DNA of 64,000 bases from Mantamonas sphyraenae STR306. Lineage: Eukaryota > Protista > CRuMs. The translations under genes and the position numbers were made by a program. Below are positions 23,101 to 34,500 of this stretch, piece after piece. Location of the stretch: contig JAPMXV010000019.1 of the NCBI GenBank assembly GCA_026936335.1, positions 214,373-278,372 of the forward strand, in the 5' to 3' direction. The notes below the pieces were generated by a model. The model worked only from the letters and a program-made list of their open reading frames with translations, was not told the DNA's origin and made no database searches. Numbering within the stretch: position 1 is the stretch's first letter; each line of letters starts with the position of its first letter.

Positions 23101-26100
23101 AGGTGCAAAAGACGCTTGTGCAGATGATGGCTGACCAGAGGCAGATGCTGCCGGCCGTAGATGCAGGGCTCAAGAAGATCCGCAAGAAGATTGCAGGGTA
23201 CAAGAAGGACATTGCCAACAACTCGGCGCACCACCGGAAGTACCGCCAGCACTTTGTTGCGTACCACAAGCGCGGTCTGCGGTCGCTCAAGACGTGGACG
23301 GCTTTCCGCAAGGCTGTGGCCGAGTCTGAGAATCCGGGGGACGCGTTTGTGCGCGTTGCGGAGGAGGTGCAGCTGTGGTTTGCAGACTCGCACAACCCGC
23401 GTCTGACAAACAGCAGCCACTGGAAGAACGTGTATGCCAAGAAGGTGCACGCCCTGAAGCAGATGGCGCGTATCATCAAGATGCTGCGTGTGCCTACGCA
23501 TGCGTTGAGTGCGAGCAGCCTGGAGCGTGCGCTGAACCAGCTGCACACGTATGCAGAACGGCTGCGCACGAGCAAGTGGTCTGCGCCGCATGTGAAGCGT
23601 GGTGCGTACAAGACGTGGCTGCGTTCGGCTGTGTCCAAGGCACACAGCATGGCAGCCAAGGCGAAGAAGCAGAAGCAGTCGATGTACTGGAAGCACATGG
23701 CGCTTGCGGCACGCGCAGAAGTGCAGGCTGTGGTTGCGACGTGGATGTACAGGCTGCATTCGCAGGAAGTGAACCCGCTGCGGCGTATGTCGTTGAGCTC
23801 GTGGTTCATGCACCACGCGCTGGCCAAGTACGCCAAGACCGGCGTGGAGGCGTGGAGCCTGCGGGCGAAGTTTTACGCAGCGTACCGGCTGCGGGACATG
23901 TCTTCGTACCTGGGCAGGTTCGACGGGTGGAAGGCGAACGCAAAGATGGTCAAGATGGTTCGAGACTACATGATGCTGGAGATGTTCCAAGGAGGGCGAT
24001 CGGCAAAGGACCGCTTGGCGTTCTACGAAGCGCTGGAGCTTGAGTTTGTGGCATGGATGCGTGAACAGGAGGTGATGAACCAGCACTCGAGCGTGAGGGC
24101 TCCGGACGCACGCAAGACCAGGCTGGTGCGTGCGCAGCACAAGTGCATTGCGGCGCAGACGGTTGCGCAGCGGTACACGCCGGGCACCAAGGCTCACCGC
24201 GTGGCGGAGGCCAAGTATGGCCAGGCGTGCATGAAGTGGAAGTTTGAGCAGTATTCTCATCGCAGCTCGCTGAAGAGGATGCTTCACCAGGCGACCCACA
24301 TTTTCAACAAGCGCGTGGAGTGGGCGGAGGGCAAGATGAGCCGAAGCGAGTTTTTCCGCCACTACCGCAGCAGCGTGAGCAGCAGGTGCAGCGACCTGAT
24401 CAACCAGTCGTCGTCGTATTGGAAGAAGCAGTGCTCGCAGGCTATGGCCTACATTGCCGAGGAGGAGAAGCTGACGTCCAAGTTGCCTACGCTTGCGCGC
24501 CATGCGGGCCGCTCTGAGCAGGACAAGATGGCGCTGCAGGTGGCCAAGCTGCGCACCAAGGAGCTGTCGTTCCTTGTGGCACAGAAGGCCAACTTTATTT
24601 GGCTTCCAGATCACACACAGGGCGCAGCGTGGTACCACGCCGAGGTGGCTGTTTCCCGCGAGCGCGAGGCGCTGGAGCGCACTGGACGCGCAGTTCACAT
24701 GTACCGCGTGCAGATGTACGAAGCGACGGCGCTGTCCAAGCAGACTGCGGTGATGCGCTCGCTGATCAACTTTTCCGGCCCCACGCCGGGCACGCTGAGC
24801 GCGATCTCATCTCAGGCGTCCAAGGAGGCAGCGGCGCTGAAGAAGCGTGCGGAAAAGGCCCGCGATGAAGTGGGCAAGCTTTCGGCAAGCGCACGCGCTG
24901 CGATGGCCAAGTGGAAGAGCATGGCGGCGAAGGAAGAGGCGAAGCGTGCGGCAGCGGCAAAGAAGGGCAAGTGGGCGAGTGCGTCTGTGCACCAGCAGCT
25001 GCGCAACCATGCACGCTTCATGGCTGAGCTGCAAAACAAGATCAAGAACTCGTATGCCTACAAGATGACGCTGTACCAGGCCAGGAAGGCCAAGGCGACG
25101 GCGACGTTCAGCACGAGCGAGGCCGAGTTTAAGCTGCTGAAAGAAGGCAACATGAAGCGGGCGTACCTTTCCGCAGTGATGTATCATGCGCGCGCAAACA
25201 TGTCGCTGTACTGGACGAAGCTGGAGCTGCTGAAGCCGCTGAACGCAAAGGCGCGAAGTACTACGAAGGCGAGGTGCGCAAGGCGCAGGCGGTGGTGGCA
25301 AAGGGCCTGGACTTCCGCAAGGACGACCAAGTGAAGGACCACCAGAAGAAACTTGCGGTGGCTGCGGGCAAGCTGGAGCACTACGAGGGCATTGCCAAGT
25401 TGTCGAAGCACAACACGGCTTTGGCCAAGCGTTGGCTGTACACCAAGGCGGCAGAGACGGCGTGGGTTGCCTTTTTCAAGGCAACGTGGCGCTCGGACTT
25501 GTCTGCACGTGCGCAGTTCAACGAGTGGAAGGCCAAGGCATGGCACGCGCGAGCAAACGCAGAAACGGGCAGCAAGGCGGAAAAGGCGAAACTGGCAAAG
25601 TTCTACCGCCTGCGCGTGCGCTACATGGAGATGATGGCGTCGAGCTACTACAACTACATGGCGTTCTATGAGAGCAACGGGATGGACAAGGCCAAGCGTG
25701 TTGTGTACCTTGCACAGGGCAAGCAGGCAGCGAAGCTGCGCGACGCCATGCACAACGCCGACCCGTACTATGACTTGGCGTGCGTCAAGAGCAACCGCAA
25801 GGCTGGGAGCAAGAAATACGACGAGTTTCGCGCAATGGAAAAGAAGCACGGGTGCTACCGGGGCAAGGAGACGCACGGATGTTTGTACGCGCAGTCGATC
25901 CGTTTGCAGGCGGACGCGCACTACGCGCGTGCGTCGTACTGCAGGAACAAGCGCCACGTGTGGGAAAAGCATTTCGAGTCGAGCTACCAGGAGCAGTCGC
26001 AGGCGATGCGCTACCGGGCGGACATTGCGCAGCGCCGCAGCAGCGGCAAACTGACGCCGAAGAAGCACACGGAGCTGCGTCTGTTTGTGCACGGGTTCAT

Positions 26101-28269
26101 GCTGATGAGCAAGTGCTACCGCATGTCGGGAGGCACGCATGCGACAAAGGACCCAGCAAAGCGCCGCCAGGCGGCTGCAGACGCGTCGGAAGTGTGCACG
26201 GAGGCGACGGAGGCGATGAACGAGGCGCGTGGCGTGGACCCTGCGCGTTCTGCGCAGTGGCGAGCGGCGGAGAAGAACTACAAGAAGCACATGGGCGAGG
26301 AAGAAGCGCGTCTGCGAAAGGCCAAGGACGGGCAGACCAAGGGCGTGCTGGGCTACCGCGTGAAGTATTGGAAGTTTTTGATCAAGCAGGCGAGCGAGAT
26401 GGTGCGGTTCTACAACAACATGCGCTACACGTTTTACCGCGAGCGTGCGCAGATGTACTATCACCAGGCGCGCTTCTGGGAGTACACGGCGGACCAGATT
26501 GAGAACGGCAACAAGAAGTGGTTGCGGTACAAGGCACTGGAGAACCACTGGCAGGCGGAGGCGTTCAAGTACATGGCCAAGGGAAGCCAGGAGGGCAAGT
26601 CGTATGCGCTCACCGTGGACAAGAGTCAACGCAACGCGGCAAACTACCTGGCCATGGCCAAGAAGCTGCGTGACAAACCGACCCCTGCGGAAGAGTTGAT
26701 GGAAAACCTGCGCGAGAACCTGACAAGGGTACACAAGAAGGTCAAGGTGATCAAGGCTAAGCTGCACAAGGCGATGGCAGCGGCGACAAAGGCGGCAGCG
26801 GTGGCCAAGGCTGCGGCAGACCAGATGCAGGACCGCGGATCGCACGAAGCCAACGACCGTGAAAAGGCCAAGGTGAAGGCGCTGGAGGATGCGAGTGCCA
26901 AGGCGAACGCTCTGGTGCGCAAGATCCACGCCGAGCTGGACGAGGCACATCGCTCGGCCAAGGTGATCTACAAGGCGCTGCACGCGCAACAGCACAAGGT
27001 GCTCGCGGCGTCGCACGAGCGTGGCAAGCAGCACCTGGCAATCGCCAAGAAGGCAGCGGTGCGTCTTGTGCAGCGTGTGCTGGCAAACGGCACGCTCAAG
27101 GTGCTGGAAGCCCTGATGAAGGTGGCGTGGGCGATCCGTCACACGGGCATTGCGCTGCTGAGTTCGCTGCGCTTCCGCTCGTCGCTGAAGGGCGCAGCAC
27201 TCAAGGCCATGCAAAAGAAGGCGTCGGGATATGTGGTGTACGGCAGCAATCTGTTGCACCAGGACTACGAGGTGTCGGCGCAGATCAAGCAGATGGCGGC
27301 CAAGTACGGGATCAAGGCGGACGGGTACATCTCCAAGAACGCGCGACACATCAGCCAGTACCAAAAGGAAACCGAGAAGCTGGTGCAGAACGGCGTGCGC
27401 AACCTGGTGGCACGCGAAAAGGTGCACAAGGCCCGCAAGCTGGAGGCGAAGCGCAAGCGGGAGCTGGCACGCGCCAAGCGCCTCGCAGCCGAGGCCAAGG
27501 CTCGCGCGGCACACGAACGCAAGACGTTTGCGGCCAAGATGAAGGCGGCAGCCAAGGTGCGCGCTGCCGAGCGCAAGGTGAAGGAGGAGAAGGCCAAGGT
27601 GGCGCGCGCAGCAGCCAAGCTGGCCAAGAGGAAGGCACAAGAGGCGTTCCTGAAGAAGCGTGCAGCCGCGTTGGCAGCCAAGGCCAAGGCCAAGGCTCTG
27701 GCGGAGCAGAAGAAGCAGGATGCGCTGAAGAAGGCGGCAATCAAGGCCAAGAGCGCAAGGATGCGCAAGGCGGCCGAGAAGAAGCTCAAGGCGTTGGTAA
27801 AGAAGGAAAAGGCCAAGTATGTGAAGATTGCCAGGCAGGACGAAGAGCGCATCGAAGCAAAGGCCAAGGCCAAGAAGGCGCAAGCCAAGAAGGAGAAGGC
27901 CAAGGCCAAGCAGCAGATGCGCAAGTTGTTGAAGCAGCGAGCCAGGAAGATGTTGAACAAGAAGAAGACGAAGAAGGGAGGAAGGAAGGGTGGAAGGAAG
28001 GGTGGAGGAAGGGTGGCAAGAAGAAGAAGGGCAGGAAGGGACGTGGTCGTGGCAAGCGCGGCAAGCACAGTGGCTGCACGTGCACTTGCTATGGCCGTCG
28101 TGGATGTACATGCAAGTGTGGGGGGCGTCGTGGGCGTCGTGGGCGTCGTGGGCGTCGTGGTGGGCGATGCAGACGCCACACACGGTGCGTCGTGCGTCGA
28201 GGCTACCGCTTCTGCTTCTTGTACTTCTGTGAGCGCAGGGTGCGACTTGTCTCGCGCCGCAGGGTTTGA
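20156..28269 (+). CDS. Giant secreted, highly basic protein (~2,700 aa) of unknown function; frame breaks ~20820, ~20900, ~21008, ~22638, ~25250, ~28006
   Basis: Signal peptide MTRTVLVLLFLAMLVCSSVSA, a beta-rich region with FMVGPVPVVV, ~1,800 aa of K/A/R/Y-rich helical sequence and an R/G/C-rich tail. ORFs 20090-22834, 22668-25334, 25274-28318 and the end of 27127-28269 join via single-base indels at homopolymers. Confidence 0.75.
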
Positions 28270-28556
28270 TTCGCGGAGCGCCAACGCTTGTAGCGGCTGT
28301 TGTCGTCCGGAGAAATGAAGCCAGTTTGATCGAACTCGAGCAGCGTCGTTGCACATCACGGAACAACACACACTCATACGCAGGATATTGACACATTCGC
28401 CACGTGCAACGATTTGTGGCTCTATGTGCGCTCGAAGCACTCGCTTCTGAGCATCTTGTGGCCCGGAGAGTTTGTCGACGGGCGACGATACAGCGAAGAC
28501 AGGAGAATGCTGGATGACCAGGATGTGTAGGGGCAGATGTATGTATGTTCACACTC

Positions 28557-31500
28557 TCACGGTTCTTCCTTTTCTCGTAGGGCCGCGCGTCGGGCAAACG
28601 CGGCGACCTCGGCAAGCGTGCTGGGTTGGATGGAGTCACTGGAACCACTCTCTGATTCCCACGCACGCTTTGTGCTCTTGGAGGGATGCACTGCGTTGAC
28701 TTTGTGCACCATGGTCATGCCCAGGGCGTTGGCGATGCGCCTCGCCGCACTCCCGTCTTTGCGATGCGCCAGGGCCATGGCCAACTCCACAAGCTCGCGC
28801 TTGGGTGCCTCATCCACTTCGTTGGGGTCCATGAGGAAACCCATGACCTGCTCTGCTCCTCCGCTGTCGCACACCTCCCTGATCTTCTGCCACTGATCGG
28901 AGAAGCGTCGCCTGTACGCCGTCTGCTCGTTGAGATTGACGACCTGCTGCAACGCCTTTTCCAGCGCCCTCATCCTTTCCAGATCAAGGCGCTCAAACAC
29001 CATGGCCTGTGCGTCGGGAAGGTGATCTGCTCCGAGAACCTGCCCCAGCAGGTGCATCAGCCGGTCGCCGCGTTCGGCGTATTCGTCGCCTTGGTCCGTC
29101 GCGTTGATGAGCCACCTGCGCTTCCAGGCGACCACTTTTTGGTAGATGTCCAGGCCAACGTAGAGGACACAGACCACAAGCACAGAAACGGCCACGGCGA
29201 TGGTCAAGTTTGTCCACGATTCGTAGCCCCGCGCATTCAAGCCTTTGGTGACAAACATGATGCCTGACACAAGGAGTAGCAGTGATTGCACAAACAGAAT
29301 GCTCTCCAGGTTGTTTTGCATGCTCGTACGGTACGGACGAAATCGGAACTGCATCACGGTGGCTGTGCCCAGCACCAGCAGACCGAGGAGCCCCTGCAGG
29401 ACTGGGAGAGACGCCGCATACAGGTTGATGCTCACCACGGCAGCCTTGCGCAACAGCACAAAGCCTTCGTAGTAGAAAAACCGGCTGCGGAACTTGCTAA
29501 ACAGCGTGCTGAAGCTATGAAGGAACGGCTCCGCACTGCGCGTTTCTGGTTCCCGACCGCGGTACATGATGCCCAGTGCCATGGCAGGGATGCCCAGCAC
29601 GTACAGAAACATAAACACAGAGGCAGCCGGGACCAGGTGCATATGTACGCCGTCGGGCACCCAGCACTCCTCGGCTGGAAGAGACTTCATGACGACGAGG
29701 CCCGGGCGCACCTCGACGCAATCAAACACCTCCAGCACCCGTGAGCACAGGGTGATGTACAGGATGAGCGTGGTGAACACGATTTCGTTGATCACATAGC
29801 GCAGGGTGTCGATGCCCACGGGTTCCGTCGTCATCACCACCTCTGCCACACTGTCACGTGCCATCAGCAGCCACATCGTCGTTTTCGGCGTGTCCACAGA
29901 GACCTGAGACACCACCGAAATCGAACGGCGCATGCTGGGTCCTTCGTCCGACAGCGCCAGAGTCTGCGTTTGCTTCCACCTCAAGTACCGGTCCACCACC
30001 CACCAGTGTAGGAACTGCAGACCCACACGGACGAGAATACCACACAGCACAATCACGGGCAGTGCCATGGTGAACCAGAAGCGCGTCTCGTACGTCCACA
30101 TGGCCTGCAGCGAACATTCGGGCGCAGCCGCATCCAGATTGAAGTTCAGCACCGAGAAGTAACCAAACATGTTGCGCACGCTGTCGGGCCAATTGAGACG
30201 AAAGTCGGCAAACGTGCCCATGACTTGAAGATGGTTCAGTGCCAGCGAGATGACTCGGCCCCTGCGTTTCTGGGCTGTGCGTGCCTCGCGACGCACCCAG
30301 CTCAGGTAGATCACAAACAGGACCAGCAACAGGATCAAAAACGTCTGCGACTCTTCCTGACATGGCTGGCATGCTTCACCCAGCCGGTAGTACCCTTCGG
30401 TGCACTGGCCACACAAACGGCCCTGGTATCCATCGCCGCAGTTCGTTCCGTTCCCACCCAAGCAAGCGCTCTCCACCGCACAGCGCGTAAAGTGGAACTG
30501 AAGGCCGGTCCCGGTGGAAAAGAATCCAGGGAGGGCCTCTGGCAGCGACGAAAGCCCCTTGCACATTGCATTTTCTGGGCACGCAGTGCAAGCGAGCCCA
30601 CGAGCGCCTTGAGGATGGTAGAAACCCGGTGAGCAGCGGCAGTCTGAGAGAAACTCGGGTCCGTCGTCCTTGTATGCTTGAGAGCCCGTGGGGCATTCAA
30701 CAGGCAAGGGGAACACCGTGAACGTCACGTTGGAGCTCTTTGGCCGCGCCCATGTCTGCCCGTCGTCAAACGAGACCTCGGGTGGAAACGTGCCGCGTGT
30801 CTGTGTGGAAGGGGTCTGCACAACGAGTGTACCCTCATCCCCGACATGCACCTGCGTAAACACCTCGTCGCCAAAGCGCACGCGCACAACGGGCGCACCC
30901 TCGACAAACCCACCACCTCGGATGGTCACTGCCAACGCATCGCCAGGCTGCTTGCGAATTGGTTCAAGATTTGCAATGGTCACCGTGTCGTGCAGCGTCA
31001 GGTTGGACGACGTCGGATACAGTTGCTGGCCGTTGTTGGCCACCCAGATCTTGACAACCACGGGCCGTGCAAGCGTGCCTCCGTAGGGAGGGACAGCCAC
31101 ACGCAGCGTAGACGTGCCCACGCGCTCGGCTGCCACACGTACAGACCACCCTGCGCCGTCTCGCAGTTCCACCTGCGGCGTGTCGCGCAGCTGGGCAAAC
31201 ACACCGCGCACAGACACCACCGTGCTACCAGCGCCGTTGGCCACGTGCGGCCACGTGGCATTGACCACCGACGTCGAATACACCTGAAGCGCCATTGGCT
31301 TCTCGGGGGGTAAACGTGCGTCCAGAGTCTGTCGACACGGCCATGGAGAGCTGGTGCACACGCTCCACGTCAGACGACGACACAAGCGTCAAAGGCAACG
31401 CACCAATCTGCACCTCCATCTGCGACCCATCGTCATCCACACGCAATGCTACTGCTTGCTGCACAACCGCGCCTGTTTCGTTGGACCGCAGGCGCAGCAG

Positions 31501-34500
31501 CATCGAGTTGCCCACGCTGCTGTTCAGCAGCTGCGCACCCACAATGGTCAACACCGTGCCGCCCACCACAGGTACGGACTGTGGAGAGACACTGCGCACA
31601 CGCGGACTGGCCGTGCTGTATCGCACGCCGCTGCACGACGTGAAATCGACGCCGTTGGTGGCGATTTCAACCGTGTGCAGACCATCCGGCAACGCAGGCG
31701 TCACACAACGCATCTCTGTGCGTGTCAGCACCCTGCACTCGCGTGTTTCCTGCCCGCCAAAGCGTGCGGTAAGCGTGGGGAGCCCCAACATGTTGGTGCC
31801 ATACAACGCCACCTCCGTCTCCATGTTGGTCGGCCCCAGCGCACGTCCGATCTGCTGCACAGCCACATTCTGAAAGTACAGCAACGAAAGAGGCATGCGC
31901 ACATAGTTCTGGCCATTCAATGCCACCAGCAAGCTTGTGTCCACCGTCTCCAGCGCGCCGATCGGCAACGTGGGCGTCACCACGGTCATGTTGGCCGTGG
32001 TCCCCTCCATGGCTGCCACGGGGTCGCTCAGCCACTGCAATCCTGGGCTTGTGACGTTGAAACGCACACGTGTGGCGTCTCGTGTTTGCGCATACTCGCC
32101 CGTCAGCGTGAGGGTGTTGCCACCCGCCGCACGCGTCGACGTGGGCGCCACCGTGTCCATCACCGGCACACGGTACACCTCAAAGTAAGTGCCACTCTGC
32201 GTGACATTCCCACCCACATTCGTGCTTACGTCCACACTCAGCTTGGCCAGCTGCGAGCGGGGCATGCTTTCGGGCACTTGGTTGCGGAGATCCATCGTCG
32301 ACAGAACCACCGTCGTCTCGCTCTGAGGCATAACATCTGCCGTGGCGTTGCCCACACACACACGTACCCTGCCTGTGATGGGGTGGGCCACAAAGCCTGT
32401 GCCAGTCAGCGTCACCACCGTGCCGCCTTGCTCCGGGCCGCTCAACGGCTGCATGGCCGTCAGCACAGGACGCACTACTGTCAGCGTGTACTGCGTGGTC
32501 ACAAACTGCACGCCATCGTTCAGCGACAGTCGCACCACGTAGCTTCCCTGTGTAATGCTCGGCAGCGGCACGCGGATGCGCGTTGCATCCACACGCTCGC
32601 CTATCAGATCGCCCACAGAGTCCACACGCACCACAATCACACTCGCGTTCACAAACCCTGTGCCGTGAAGAATCAAATCCTGCGGAAGATTCTCCGCCAC
32701 CCGTGCAGGCTCGATGCTCGTGAAAGTTGGCGGCGCAGAAAACGCCATCGCCGCATCCTCGCTCGTCACAAACTGCTGCCCATTCAGCGTCACAAAAACC
32801 TGTTCGCTGCCTGTTTGCAAGCCCACATCCGGAGTGCGGCATGTAATCTCACTGGCACTGGCAATCGTGGCCGACACAGCCGCGAGACTGCTCCCGAAGC
32901 GACACAGCACCTGACCAGGCACAGGCTGCACAAAGCCCACGCCACGCATGGTCACCAGAGTGTTGCCACTCAGTGGTCCCCACGTGGGACGAGCTGTGTC
33001 CAGGCGGAACACGCTCATGCTCACGTTGGCCGGCGTGTACTCTTCGCCGTTCAGCGCCACGCGCAGCGCAAGCGATGTGCCATCGCTTGCATTCAGTGCA
33101 GGCATCGTCACACGCAGCACACTGGTGCTCACAAACGTCGCATTCAGTGTCAAGTTGCGCGGAGCCACGCTCACACGTGCTGCGCCAAGGGTGTCCACAA
33201 ACAGCTGGCCTGCAGCAGGCGCCAGATCCACCGTCAGACCATCCACGTTGTTGGCCATGGCACTCGGAGACACACTGGATACGCCGTGCTCCTGGTACAG
33301 CCGTGCCACCAGAGTGTCCGCCAGAAACTGCTCGCCATTTGGCGCCACACGGATGCTCAGTTGACGCACCGTCCCCGCCGCAAACGCTGTCATGCTGTCA
33401 AACGACGGCAGATCCAGCTCCACCACACTGCTTCCGTTGCTCGGCAGCGCCTTGCGCAGCTCCAGAGTCTGCCCACTGGGTCCAGCGGCCACGAATTGCC
33501 ATCGTGCAAGCTCGGGCAATGTCTGCAGCCCAGTTCCTTGCACACGCACGCGCACAGACTTCCACTTGGGCACAAATGCAGGCGCAAAGCTTGTCACACT
33601 CATGGCATACGTCGTCAGCGTCGCAGGCTGCGCCACAAACACCTGGCCATCCAGAGACACGTACACACGGATGCCCGAGCGAACCACGCCACCAAATGTG
33701 GGCGTCACACATTCCAGCACCGTGCTGTTCACCACGCTGCCTGTTCCCGTCCACGTGGCCCCAGACGACACGTTGTACACACACGTGATCTTGTTGGCGC
33801 CCAGCGGCAGCTCCTGGCCACGCACAGCCAGTCGCGTGCCTCCGCCGCTCGCAGGCCCACTGCGCGCCTCGTTCACAAGCGGCCCCGGCTTGTAAAATGT
33901 AAACGGGATCGCCTGTGTCTCGTTGCTGCCACTGTTGAACAGCACGCGCAGTGTGGTCGCGTACGTGGATGTGTGCGGCGATACAGGCGCCGTGCAGCGG
34001 ATCAGATCCTCCGCCACCACCGTGCATCCCGCGGCCTGTGTCTCATTCGCTCCTTCCCCACGGCTCATCACAACCTGCGAACCCACAATGAAGAAGCGTC
34101 CAATGATATCCAGCGTAGTGCCTCCGCCAATGGGCGCCACGTTGGGTTCCACACGTTGCAGCACAGGATCGCCCGGCTTCAGGAGAAAGGCAAACGGACT
34201 GCCCGGCACAGCCACGCCGTCAACAGTCACATTCATAACAAAGGTGCCAAAGGCCACGATATCCACGCGTGCACGAAACACTGCGGCTGAGGACGCGTTG
34301 CCAAACGTCACCTGTGTGTCCGAGATGGCTGCGCCGCTGAGCCAGCCCTCGACCACAGCCGACGGCACACCGTTGCCAAACCGATCTCGTGCTTGAAGTT
34401 CAAACACGCGCGATACGCCTTCGGGTGGGACCTCCTGGTCCTGGACGGCCGAGGTGTTGCGCAGCAGTGTCTGCGCAGCCACAGCCGGACCCGGCACCAC

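Noticed and set aside
3770-31310. Euplotes-style programmed frameshifting as the main explanation for split ORFs
   Set aside because: There is no common AAA-stop or X XXY YYZ motif and shifts go both ways. Homopolymer error is more parsimonious; the idea is kept only as a testable alternative.
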